DNA of 47,240 bases, from contig NW_021834982.1 of the NCBI RefSeq assembly GCF_006345805.1, positions 1 through 47,240 of the forward strand, in the 5' to 3' direction. The notes under the pieces are model-generated. The model saw only the letters and a program-made list of their open reading frames with translations. It was not told the DNA's origin and searched no databases. This stretch comes from Octopus sinensis. Lineage: Eukaryota. Shown here piece by piece: positions 11,692 to 24,562 of this stretch (within the stretch, counting starts at the first letter, position 1; every line of letters begins with the position of its first letter). A program made the translations under genes and the position numbers.

Positions 11692-12015
11692 GCAGTGGTT
11701 AGGGCGTCGGGCTCACAATCATGAGGTAGTGAGTTCGATTTCTAAACTGGGCTGTTTGTTGTGTTCTTGAGCAAGACTTTATTTCACGTTGCTCCAGTTC
11801 ACTCAGCTGTAGAAATGAGTTGCGATGTCACTGGTGCCAAGCTGTATCGGCCCCTTTGCCTTTCCCTTGGTTAACATTGGTGGCGTGTAAAAGGAAAGGT
11901 GGTATCCATGGGCGACTACTGGTGTACCATAAACATTTTTGACTAGACTTGTGCCTCGGAGAGTAACTTTCTAGTCCAATCCCATGGTCATTTAAGAAGA
12001 GGATCTTTACCCTTA
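11692..12015 (+). mobile_element. SINE family C, near full length
   Basis: tRNA-like head (cagtggttagggcg...gagttcgatt), gttgtgttcttgagcaagac core and gccaagctgtatcggcccctttgcctttcccttgg body. A reverse-complement copy lies at 14440-14665. Confidence 0.85.
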
Positions 12016-12160
12016 CACACACACACACACACACATGTATGTATGTATGTATGTATGTATGTATGTATGTATGTATGTATGTATGTATGTATGTATGTAT
12101 GTATTGACCGCTAGCCACTAAAGCTTTTTTTATTCTCTCTCTGTTTATTTTCTCATGCTC

Positions 12161-12196
12161 CTTTCTGATGAAGAGCGTAGGCTCGAAACGTAAAAG
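12161..12196 (+). ncRNA. Minimal type I hammerhead ribozyme (dimer-type stem III)
   Basis: CTTT-CTGATGA-A-GAGC(GTAG)GCTC-GAAA-CG-T-A-AAAG. Stem I CUUU/AAAG, stem II 4 bp, palindromic ACGU stem III, GUA cleavage triplet. Confidence 0.75.
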
Positions 12197-12322
12197 ACTT
12201 TCTCACCTTCCCGAGCGTTAAACTAATACACCTGTTCGTTGTTTATACATCTGTCTTCGTCTTTTGTTTTTGTTTTTTTGCAAATTGCAACTATATATAT
12301 AATATTAAATTATATTTATATG

Positions 12323-12400
<78 letters not shown>

Positions 12401-13045
12401 CTTATATATATAATATGTAGAAGTAAGATCCAAAGATCCACGTGTAAGAGTGAGTAAGCTTCGAGCAGTCCGTAGAAGGTATAAAAAAAAAAAAACACTT
12501 TCAGGAAGAATAGTGACTTAGAATGTTGTAGGTTTTCCCCGTATCGAAGTACGATAAGGTGAAAAAAGTTGATTTTCTAGTTCACGGTTAGCAAATAAGA
12601 ATTGAAATCGGGGAAATGGAACAGGCAAAATCCAGGTTAAATATGCTTCCTAGTTAGCAGAACTTGGGAAGTAATAAGAATAAGTGAAGGAGGGGCACTC
12701 CCCGAGTTACTCATCGGGCCGAAGATACTATAGTTAAATGAAGTTCACACTGTCAAGTTAACTCGCAGGAGATTTGATCGGAAATTAGTGGAGGGCATGG
12801 AGAGAGAGAGAGAAGAAAAGAAAAGAAAAATATATGAATGAAGAAATAAGATATGGGAGTGGGCTAATGAGTAAAGTTGTTAAGAATAAGAATAAAGAAA
12901 AGGAGAGGGGGAGAGTGAGGGGAAATCCCGATCAGATTGAAGTCTATCTATCTATCTATCTATCCATCTATATGGTATTTTGTCCTTACCAGTCTCATAT
13001 TATGTTTACGTATTTTTCACTGTTTGTGATGTCCTGTACTTGATG

Positions 13046-13101
<56 letters not shown>

Positions 13102-13118
13102 GTATATATATATATGTA

Positions 13119-13171
<53 letters not shown>

Positions 13172-13189
13172 TATATATATATATATGGG

Positions 13190-13495
13190 TACACAGCGAC
13201 ACAATTCTTTTCCTCAACAGGCCCTGCCCTATTTAACATTGTCCTAAAACTGATCAAAGAGGAAAAACATCCCATCACCTTTAAACGGAATCTGGACAAA
13301 TTTCTTCAAGGAATACCAGATAAGCCACCCATACCTGGATACAACTCACTCAACTAGAGCTCCCTACTCGAACGGACCATGAAACCACAAAACTTGACTT
13401 AAAAAGGACATAGATAATGCCATCAGGTGGTGCTATTAAGTTAGACATGGCCTGGACCAATCTTTGGTCGAAACATATCTAAATTTTATCTAAGT
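13190..13495 (+). mobile_element. CR1-type LINE 3' end
   Basis: [35 protein letters not shown], then aggtggtgctattaagttagacatggcc tail. Homologous to 10490-10690. Confidence 0.85.
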
Positions 13496-13538
13496 TTTAT
13501 AAATATGTTTATATGTAAATATATATATATATATATAT

Positions 13539-13677
13539 ATTTATTATATAGAAGGAGCTTCTACAGGACTAGAACTGTTTCATTCAAGAGAAATCTTCAG
13601 GAAGCTCAGGGCTTCCTGAAGATTTCTCTTGAATGAAACAGTTCTAGTCCTGTAGAAGCTCCTTCTATATAATAAAT
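13539..13677. repeat. Perfect inverted repeat, 67-bp arms and 5-nt loop
   Basis: 13539-13605 is the exact reverse complement of 13611-13677 (checked base by base); loop tcagg. Confidence 0.97.
13609..13661 (+). ncRNA. Type I hammerhead ribozyme candidate (mirror copy on the minus strand at 13555-13607)
   Basis: GGGCTTC-CTGAAGA-TTTC(TCTT)GAAT-GAAA-CAG(TTCTAGTC)CTG-T-A-GAAGCTC. 7-bp stem I, 4-bp stem III, GUA site. Stem II closes with a non-canonical U-U. Confidence 0.65.
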
Positions 13678-13876
13678 TAATTTTACTCTGCTATGTATTG
13701 AGTACCTTATTTACTGTGGTTAACCCCGAATCACCCGGGACCTACATATATATATATAGTATATATATATATATAATATAATATATATGTGTTGTATATA
13801 TATATGTATATTATCTGTGTACCGTTGGCGATTTTTTGCCTCTGTCTTCCCTTCTCTGGATCTTTCCTTCTCCTAT

Positions 13877-13911
13877 GTTTCCGACGAAGAGCTCCGCTCG
13901 AAACGTTAAAC
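13877..13911 (+). ncRNA. Minimal type I hammerhead ribozyme, U4C variant
   Basis: GTTT-CCGACGA-A-GAGC(TCC)GCTC-GAAA-CG-T-T-AAAC. Lies in a T-rich repeat (13800-13995) homologous to 12130-12290. Confidence 0.6.
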
Positions 13912-14439
13912 CCTCCTTCTTTCCTTCTCTCCTGAGCGTCCAAAATACTATATTTGTTCCACGTCCTCGCGTTGTTGTGTTTTTCTGTGCTTTCTTATAT
14001 ATATTATAATATATATTATAATATATATATATTATATGTGTGTGTGTGTTGTGTGTGTGTGTGTGTGTGGTGGTGTGTGTGGTATGTATGTATGTATTAT
14101 GTATGTATGTATGTATGTATGTATGTATGTATGCATGTTTGTATGTATAGGCGTGTGTTTGTATATGTGTATGTGTATATACAGGTTACATCAGAAAGGC
14201 AGCCATTACCGCGATGCTTGTAATGTGAGACAGGGGGTAATGTGAGACCGGGCGACTAATGTCTCCTTTCCTTTCTCTTTTTTCTTTTATTTTCTTTTTT
14301 CTTTTCATTTACTCTCTTGGTATTTAAACTGGTTTACACCGTACTTTTGCTGTTGGCAAAATTTCGCAATAAAAGTGAAATGGTTTAGTCACTAAAACTG
14401 GGTCAGACCCCCACCACCACCATCACCATCACCACCACT

Positions 14440-14665
14440 TTTGTCATGAATGACCACGGGATTGCACTTAGAAAGTTCCCCTCCGAGGCACAAGTCCGGG
14501 CAAAGCTGTTTATGGAAGACCAGCAGTCACCCATGCATACCAGCTTCCACTCGTTATGCCACCGATGTTATCCAAGGGAAAGGCAAAAGGGGCCGATGCA
14601 GCTTGGCACCAGTGACGTCACAACTCATTTCTACAGCTGAGTGAACTGGAGCAACGTGAAATAAA
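14440..14665 (-). mobile_element. SINE family C, 3' part
   Basis: Reverse complement of 11780-12000 (ccaagggaaaggcaaaaggggccgatgcagcttggcaccagtgacgtc). Confidence 0.85.
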
Positions 14666-14947
14666 GGCAGGAATTTCGTTTAAGAACACGACAACCGAGT
14701 TTACGGCATTGATGCACCTCAACAACAGCGAAATGCATCTGTTGCTCTCATGAGTCTCTACAGCAATGATATTCATCTCGCTTCGATATATATATTGCGT
14801 TCCTAACACGAAGAGATTTTATCTCAGACAATTCAACAGCACCATGCCTTCTAACAGAGCATTCTTTCATACTTTTACTTGTATCAACCATTAGACTGCG
14901 GCCTTAAGAAGTTTTACTCAAAATCGATCCCAGTACACTTTTAATAC

Positions 14948-15328
14948 TCTTTTACTTGTTTCAGTCATTTGACTGCGGCCATGCTGGAGCACTGCCTTTA
15001 GTCGAGCAAATCGACCCCGGGACTTATTTTTTGCAAGCCCAGTACTTATTCTATCGGTCTTTTTTGCCGAACCGCTAAGTTACGGGGACGTAAACACACC
15101 AGCATCGGTTGTCAAGCAATGCTAGGAGGACAAACACACACACATACACATATTATACATATATACGACAGGCTTCTTCTTTCAGTTTCCGTCTACCAAA
15201 TCCACTCACAAGGCATTGTCGCCCCGGGGCTATAGCAGAAGACACTTGCCCAAGATGCCACGCAGTGGGACTGAACCGGGAACCATGTGGTTGGTTAGCA
15301 AGCTATTTACCACACAGCCACTCCTGCG
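14948..15328 (-). mobile_element. SINE family A, full length
   Basis: Reverse complement of the 15553-15967 copy from tail to head. Confidence 0.92.
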
Positions 15329-15552
15329 ATGTATTTTTTTTATATATCCACTTTTTAAAAATTATTTAAGAATTATTAATTTTGATAAAAATCCTAATGT
15401 AGGGGGATACCCGCTAATGATAAAATTAATATTATAATGAAGATGTTTTATTTATGTGTTTATTTTGTTCTGTTAAAGAATATATAAAAAAGGTTGATTT
15501 ATGGAAAATGTTATGAATATAGGGAGAATAATAGTAAATTAATATAAGAAAT

Positions 15553-15967
15553 AGGCGCAGGAGTGGCTGTGTGGTAAGTAGCTTGCTAACCAACCACATG
15601 GTTCCCGGTTCAGTCCCACTGCGTGGCATCTTGGGCAAGTGTCTTCTGCTATAGCCCCGGGCCGACCAATGCCTTGTGAGTGGATTTGCTAGACGGAAAC
15701 TGAAAAAAGCCTGTCGTATATATGTATATATATATATGTGAGTGTGTGTGTGTTTGGGTGTCTGTGTTTGTCCCCCTAGCATTGCTTGACAACCGATGCT
15801 GGTGTGTTTACGTCCCCGTCACTTAGCGGTTCGGCAAAAGAGAACAATAGAATAAGTACTAGGCTTACAAAGAATAAGTCCCGGGGTCGATTTGATCGAC
15901 TAAAGGCGGTGCTCCAGCATGGCCGCAACCAAATGACTGAAACAAGTAAAAGAGTAAAAAGAGTAAA
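15553..15967 (+). mobile_element. SINE family A, full length
   Basis: ggcgcaggagTGGCTGTGTGG...GGTTCAGTCC head (A/B boxes), core, TA/TG microsatellite and gactgaaacaagtaaaagag tail. Confidence 0.92.
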
Positions 15968-16798
15968 TTGCTAGTATTTTGTTCGATTCACAGTTGGCGA
16001 TTTCAATATAATGTTGTTTTAATTGAGTATACTGAGTTCTTTTACAGCTCAGCAAGCTTCTGCAATTGCCGTGAATGTTTTGTCCACTCTTTTCCATATA
16101 TCGAAGTACGAATTCCATTTAAACCCATGATAACCGACGGCACAGCATTAAGAGGCCTCAACAAAAGCGAAAAGCGCCAGACGTTACTACAAGACCCTGC
16201 AGCTGCGATGTTCGTCTCACTCCGATATGCATTGTGTTTCTAAGAAGAGATTTCATCTCAGATAGTTCCACAGCACCATGCCCTTCAACGGTGTGTATAC
16301 GTTTCGTATGATATACAAATGACGATTTTAATTTTATTAGCTTCGATTGCGTGTATCAAGATACCCCCACGGCGAATAAAATCTCATCTCCACTCACTAC
16401 TCCACACCTACTCGGCTCAGTTTGAGGGCAAACTCTGACCACTTCACTGTACCAGAGATACCCCACCATGTGTGTGTGTGTATGTGTGTGTGTGCATATA
16501 TATATATATATATATACACACACATATATACACACACACACATATATACATACATACATACACACACACACATACACACACACATACATATATAATGCTG
16601 CCCTCGCTCACCCAGCCCCATTCACTCGACTCAGTTGGAGTCGACCACTCACTGACCACTTCAACACGCCCTAAATACCAAACAGTGTGTATATATGATT
16701 ATATACCCTAATTAACCGGCCTCCTGACATTCATTTCAACGATGCTTGTTAATGAGATTTATTGATGTCGTAGTTAGTTATGGTGCGCGCGCAGACAG

Positions 16799-16799
<1 letters not shown>

Positions 16800-16883
<84 letters not shown>

Positions 16884-17300
16884 TTACCTTGTATCAATGA
16901 CAAAACCAAATCCTTTCACCTTGGATTAAGACGACTAAAGAATATAATCACCATCGTCATCATCAACATCATCATCATCATCGTTATCATCACCATCACT
17001 ACCATCACCACCGCCACCATCCTCACCACCGTCATCACCACCACTACCACACTCACTACCGCCACCACCATCCTCACCACTTCCACCACCACCACCACCA
17101 TACCACCACACCACCACCACCACCACCACCACCACCAATACCACCAATACCACCACCACCACCACCATCACCAACAACATCACCACCACCGCCACCATCC
17201 TCACCATCATCACCACCATCACCAACAACATCACCACCGCCATCACTACCACCACCGCCACCATCCATCACTACCGCCACCACTATCACCACAGCCTCTA
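16800..17300. repeat. (CA)n followed by degenerate (CAT/CAC/ACC)n
   Basis: Direct reading; explains the poly-H/T/V ORFs in the track. Confidence 0.92.
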
Positions 17301-17324
17301 CAACAAAAGTAATACATTCGAACT

Positions 17325-17660
17325 AGCAGTATGGTTAGCGCGTCGAACAACAACAACAAAACACTTGTGATATTTGTAGCGTCTCTTTGCGTTCTGAGTT
17401 CAAATTCCGCTGAGGTCAACTTGAGGTCGATGACAAAGAAATGGATCGATGTTTATTCACATATGACCCTCCCCTCAAAATAGCATTGAATCTAAATTAT
17501 TATTATTATTAAAATAATTCTTCTGAGGCCGGCTTTGCCTTTTATCCATTCTTTCGTGATCGATAAAATAAGTACCAGGGAAATACTGGGGTCGATGTAA
17601 TCGTCTAGTCCCCTCCCCCTTACCAAATTTCGGGCCTCGTGCGTATATCAGAAAGGATTA
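17325..17660 (+). mobile_element. SINE family B fragments
   Basis: gttctgagttcaaattccgctgaggtcaac and cgataaaataagtaccag..tactggggtcgatgtaatcg. Confidence 0.7.
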
Positions 17661-17675
17661 TTATTATTATTATTA

Positions 17676-17709
<34 letters not shown>

Positions 17710-17781
17710 TTTTTTTTTTCTTCTTTCAAATTTTCTTCCATTTCTTGCCGAGTGTCTTCCCGACTCCTAGGGCAAAGAAAC

Positions 17782-17813
<32 letters not shown>

Positions 17814-18159
17814 GTTATTATTATCCCCCCGAAGTCCGGTTTATAGTCAAGTGCTAGGGGGACGGGTGGTATCGATTTGCGCCCCTCCCCTTAAAATTGT
17901 TAGCCTTGTACCCAAATGAGAAACCATCCGCAAAAAAACCCATCCGAACCACTACCAACGACCAAGAGCTATCACCACCACCACCACCACCACCGCCGCC
18001 GCCGCCACCGCCACCACCACCACCATCGCCGCCACCACCACCACCACCACAAATATCACAATCGCATTCATTATCATTGCCATCACTACGACCATTGATA
18101 GCTTTATTATACTTCTGTTACTACTCATAAACACACAATCTCAAACGCCACCCTCTCTC

Positions 18160-18637
18160 AACACACACACACACACACACACTGTGGCATAGACACAGTC
18201 ACACACACTGACACAGTCGCACGCGCACATATACAGATTTATATACACATTCACGCTGGGAAGACACTTTAAGCAGTCGTAAACTCAGACATACATACAT
18301 ACACACATACATACATACATACATACATACACACATACATACATACATACATACATACACACATACATATATACATACACACATACATACATACATACAT
18401 ACATACATACACACATACATACATACACACATACATACATACATACATACATACATACATACATACACACATACATATATACATACATACATACATATAT
18501 ACATACATATATACATACATACGTACATACATACATACATACATACTTATACATACATACATACATTCAGACATACATACATACATACATACATACACAT
18601 ATACATATATACATACATATATACATACATACATACA

Positions 18638-18671
<34 letters not shown>

Positions 18672-19092
18672 CATACATACATACATACATATTACATACA
18701 TACATACATACCATATACATACATATATACATACATATATACAGCATACATACATACATACATACATATACATACATTATACATACATATATACACACAT
18801 ACATTATAACATACATACATACACACATACATATATACATACATATATACATACATACATACATACATACATACATACATACATACACATTCAATGACAG
18901 GCACATAGACACACACACAAACACAGATATATATTCATACACATGCGTATACAATTGCTCTCAGACACATTCGTTTGTACAAATATATATGCACACATTT
19001 TTCCACAAGTCTACAGTTACAGATGGCGACACATAATATGTACATACATACACACACAGTTATAAACACACACTCAGAGTACAAGTAAGTAT

Positions 19093-19133
<41 letters not shown>

Positions 19134-19620
19134 CAGAGTATAAGTATGTGTGCGTGTTTGTGTGTATGTATGTGTGTGTGTACGTACATACATACACACA
19201 TCTTCATTGACACGTGAGTATAGAGACGGACAGACAGACAGATAGATTGTGAGAGAGACAGATGGAGATAAAGTGTGTGAGAGAGAGAGAGCGGGCAGAG
19301 AGAGAGAGAGAGCGACCACACAGATAGATAAGTAGAGTGATAAAGAGAGAGAGATAGTTATGTAGAGAGGTAGATAGACAGATAGCAGAGAGAAAGATAA
19401 GTTGATAGACAGATAGAGACAGGCAGATAGGCATACAGAGACAGCTAGATAGACAGATAAACAAAGAGAGAGAGAGAGAGAGAGTGAGATTGATACACAG
19501 ACAGATAGATTGACACGGACTCACAAAACGTATACACACACGCACACACATATACATACATGCATACATACATACACATACAATCATATATACATTCACA
19601 TATATGTAAATACACACACA
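18160..19620. repeat. Large (CATA)n/(CA)n/(GA)n simple-repeat field
   Basis: Direct reading; the ~600-bp (CATA)n core is at 18290-18890. Confidence 0.92.
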
Positions 19621-20008
19621 CACACACTCACCACTGACAAAAGCCAAACTCTCTCACCTTGTCTAGTTTTAAGTGGATCAACATAAAATCGTTTTAATAT
19701 CTGTTCTCGTCCCCCCCTTCTCCCTCCTTTCATTTGTACATACCACGTGACCTTGTTTGTTGGTCACTAAGCAGGGAGGTGGAGGGGAGGGAAGGAGATG
19801 GGGGTGAGGGAGGGAGAGTGAGAAAAAAAAAGCAGAGAGATAGAGTGAAAGAAAGAGGATATAAAGAAGAGGAATGGAGAAAGTGTGAGAGAGGGGGAGC
19901 AGAAAGAGGCAGAGGGAATCAGAGAGATAGGTAGAGAGATAAAGTGGTAGAGGGAGACAGAAGGGACACAGAGAGAGAAGAGAGAGAGAAGAGAGAGTTA
20001 GAGCGATG

Positions 20009-20049
<41 letters not shown>

Positions 20050-21569
20050 ACCGATGTACACACGCCTGGCTATACGTCGTTAATAGTTTGTGTGATCGAA
20101 ATATATATAGACACGCACACATACATATACATATATACCCACGTATGTATGTATACGTATGTGAATAGACACTTACATACAAACCAACACACATGTGTAT
20201 ATACGTCCACTGTACACACACACTCACACAAATACATGCATTTATAGTGTCATCATATATATATACATACACATACACACACGCACTGAGAGAAGGCGAA
20301 AGAGAAAGGGAGAGGTTTCTACCTGTCAAGTCAATATCTATATTTATACACCCGCGCACACATACACACTTATCTCTTATCTATATCTATAAATATCTAT
20401 ATATACACTCGGAGAAAGAGCAACCGTGTGCTGCACAAGCGTTGGACTATAACACAGCGAACACATTTGCAAACCCTCGCTGAAAAAGAAGACTATATAT
20501 ACATATATATATATATATACACACACACATATAGTGGTTGTATATATAGTAATATAGAATTATATATATATATATATATATACTGTTGTATGCAGTGCCT
20601 GTATCGAGAGGAACACATCGCAGCATAATTTACCAAAAGATTTGCCTTCCAACAAAACTCTTACAAAAGGTTTGTTTAACCATTGCGAACTTGGATTATT
20701 TTTCATTTCCTGGGAAAATTTACTTTCAGTTGTTTTAGAAACGATAAAAAAAGGGCATAAAAAGCAAGAAGCATTTCCGATTCAGAACTAGAAAAGAAAA
20801 AAGAAACTTTATTACGAGGAAGGTTAATTAATGCCAATTAATGAACTCTGCTGGTTTGTTGTTTGGGTGGTGAACCAATTCGGAAGTAGCCTCATCAGAG
20901 CGGATTCTGTATCAAACATTTAAGTAGCTTTTTAAAATGAGATATAAACATTTGCTTACCGGATTTTATTTGTATTTGTATGTGTGTCAGTCCTGATGCT
21001 ACATTAATTACACAAATTAACAAATTAGTAGTGTGTTTTTTTAATAATACATGTCCATTTATTTATTTCATGTCCAGCTATTTATTTCTATTTCTGGGTA
21101 CATGCAACATATATGTAACCTACATGCACACATTTACAAGTCTGTAAACCATAAACATATACATCGTTATATTTACACATGCAGGACACAGCAACTGGAA
21201 ATTTATCTTGTGAACATTTTATATAAATTCCTTATCTTTTTGCAAAAAATATTGGTCTCTGAACGAAGACTCGGCACCATTTTTTAAGAAAAAAAAAAGA
21301 AAGACAGACACTCCTCAACGTATAACATAAGTAATTCATACTTTATATATACATTCACATATACACACATATGCGTATATATTATCTTTACATATACACT
21401 TAAACAAAACTCTCTATATACTCGTATATATATATATATATATACTCTTACACGCCACTATAAATGTAATTCGTACTTCTTATACACAAACATTTTATAT
21501 AGTCACATAGACACGCACATCTATATATATCCATATTTATATATGTTTCTTCTTATGATTGTTTGGCAG

Positions 21570-22821
21570 TTCTTCTTTTGAGAAAGATCTTTGCGATCAC
21601 ATAATGGTAACAGAACAAGCGAGGGATTATTACTCTTTTGTCGGACAATTCGGTGCAGATTTTGATAAAGGCACCATGAAGGAGTACAACCACTCGGTGA
21701 ATGTCATTACAATGAACAACGACAACAGCACCAACCACGGCAACTGCAGTAGGAGTAACAGCTTCGACAGCGGCGACGAGGTGACCACCTCTACGAACAC
21801 CACTAACAACAACAACAACAACAACAAGAATAGAGGTGGCGGCAGCGACAGAGTAAATGATTACCAAAACGTGGAACATCGTCAATTGTATTTTGACGGA
21901 CCAAAGACACATTGCGAAAACGAAACTTTGGATTGTATCAGTGAGAAAAACAACAGCCACGGCATTCTGACCCCGTCTGACGTTCGATCCCTTGGGCTAC
22001 CGGTTAATGGCTTCAGGGACATCGTTCTGTTCGACAACGATGATTTCGTGGCCATCTGCGAGAACTTTGTTAAGCTTTATTCGACGTCCGGCGACCTGTT
22101 GCACAAGATCGAACTGGCCAGCACACCTCTTTCCCTGTGCAGGGTGGGCGAACGTCGAGTTGTGGTGACCTGTACCTCGCGGGTGCTGCGTTTGATTGCC
22201 GTTCACATCGACAACGACAACAACAACAACAGCAACAACAATTTTAACAACAACAACAACGGTAGCGGTGACAACAACGACAGCTGTAGAACGTTGGTTC
22301 TCGAGCAAGAATTGAACACCGCAACCCAGTACTGCAGCGTAGCTCAGCTCAGCTCTAGTGAACTAATCGCCGTCGGTCTTAACGCCCCCGTATTGCACCG
22401 GCTCCTTTACATGCCCACCCACCTGGAAGTGCTGTCCACCCTGTATTTGGAGCAAGTCGGTAAACTGAACGTGCGCCATCAGCGGAGCTACCGTTGCGTG
22501 TGTGTCAGCGCCGCCAAACAAATTCTTATTTCAGACAGAATGAACAATTTCGTCATCAGCCTCAGTACATCAGGCACCTGGAAGATCCCGTTTTTCTACA
22601 AGCCCCAGGGCATGGTTGTCGCTGGTTCTTTCTTTTATGTCATCCAGGGTGGAGGACTGAATTTGGTATATAGATTCCGGCTGAATGGTCTTGATGCCTT
22701 CTGTCTCCTGCGCAAAGAACACGAGCTGCTAGACCCCTGGGGCCTGTCTATAAACAGGAACAAGAAACTAGTGATTACATGCAATACCTCTGACTGCCCC
22801 ACAGTCAGGGTGTTTACGTGA
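21570..22821 (+). CDS. Terminal coding exon of an NHL/WD-type beta-propeller protein, probably the C-terminus of a TRIM-like (B-box/coiled-coil/NHL) protein
   Basis: Uninterrupted ~417-codon non-repetitive ORF ending at TGA 22819-22821, with a GC-richer composition than its flanks. Candidate acceptor tttcttcttatgattgtttggcag| at 21569; first in-frame ATG at 21604. Propeller-blade motifs: DIVLFD..FVAI, PLSLCRVGERRVVVT, KQILISDRMNNFVISL, KPQGMVV, LLDPWGLSIN..KLVIT. Two poly-Asn (AAC)n tracts. Confidence 0.78.
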
Positions 22822-23753
22822 CAGACAACCAGCAGCCTTGACATAATGCACCTTATTTCTGTTCTTGACTTTATGTAAACACAACCACCATAACCTGCTG
22901 AAACACGCATTATATATATATATATGTTTGTATGTATGTATATATATTTACTGTGTGCACATGAACACAAATGCACTGTAATAACGTATGTGTAATAATA
23001 CAGGAACTGACAACGAATGATCCATTTTATTTTTGAAAAAAAAAAACTAACAAAGTAATGTCTTCCAATCCTTTCGTTCTATTTGCTTCTGTATTGATTT
23101 ACAGGTTTTTACACAATCAAACGCAATTAAACAGATTTAAAACAACAACATAAACAAATGCAACAATTCAAGAGGACAGACACACTGACATCAACATCAT
23201 ATATAATATATATATATATATTCACACGCACACATAAATATAAATATACATCTGCATACAAGTTTATCAAGTAACAACACGCTGTGATTTTGTACCCTAT
23301 AATATATATATATATATATATATAATATATATATATACATATATACACCCACACTTCTTTATTTGTTTACTTCCCACCGTCACTACCCAACCCAGATTCT
23401 TTCATATCACTGACAATATTTTTTCATCATACTTTATTTTACATTAATTTTGTTCTCGTTGTCCAGTTGTTTATATTTTTATATTTTTATACTTTATACA
23501 TTATATATTTTCTATATACCCATTTAATTTATATACACACACATCCACACACTGCCTTCCCGGGCACACACTCCTTTAAATTGGACCAAGCCTTCATGTC
23601 TTCCTTTGTAATTTGGTTTGAAACTAACTTTTGTTAAATTATACATACATGAATATAATTACATTTAAACACACGCACATACATACATACATATACATCG
23701 ATACATACATACATACATACATACATACATACATACATACATACATACATACA

Positions 23754-23789
<36 letters not shown>

Positions 23790-24343
23790 TATATACATTT
23801 ATATTTATATATATAATAATAATTTGAGGGAATATTATTCTTAACTTACAGGGAAAAAATTCAATTTAGAAATACTAAATCGAATTTCACAAAATATATA
23901 TATATATATATATATATAAAAATTTAGAAAAAACCACCTTTTATCGATTCAAAATGAACAATTAAATTACACCATTTAGAAAATTACATATAATAGAAAT
24001 ATTAAATATAAAATAACAATAATATATCGATGATTTAAGTAAATTGCAAAATAATAAATAAAACATATATATTTGGTAGAATATATACATACACACATAT
24101 ATGTGTGTGTTTGTGCGTGCGTGTGTGTGTGTGCAACGATATATCATTATGCACACACACACGCGCATATCGCTCAGACATTGTGATTCGAATAACCTGG
24201 TGTATAAGTCTATGTACGTACAGCTCTGAACGAAGCTTTCAGTCGGTCGAGTTCAGAGCGGTAATCAGAAAGGAGATGACAAAGGCAAGTTCATAATGTA
24301 ATCGTTTGTTGGTTTGGCACCTCTTTTCTTGTATATACATACA

Positions 24344-24422
<79 letters not shown>

Positions 24423-24425
<3 letters not shown>

Positions 24426-24470
24426 CGAAGCTTGCAAGGCGCTATCAACACTTCTTCCTTTGAAAATCTC

Positions 24471-24518
<48 letters not shown>

Positions 24519-24562
24519 TTTTCAAAGGAAGAAGTATTGATAGCGCCTTGCAAGCTTCGATT
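24423..24562. repeat. Inverted repeat, 52-bp arms (1 mismatch) around an (AT)n spacer
   Basis: 24423-24474 versus 24511-24562; the only mismatch is aacac versus aatac. Confidence 0.95.

Noticed and set aside
15553-15625. tRNA gene
   Set aside because: It has A/B boxes but no complete cloverleaf and continues into a SINE body. No true tRNA or rRNA genes were found in the window.
16410-16663. Short diverged duplicate (actcg.ctcagtt.gag…ctgaccacttca)
   Set aside because: Only ~40 bp with gaps, too short to interpret.
20590-20700. Possible upstream exon or B-box (CMQCLYREEH) of the propeller gene
   Set aside because: That frame stops immediately. Another frame (LPTKLLQKVCL) resembles an RLE LINE C-terminus instead.
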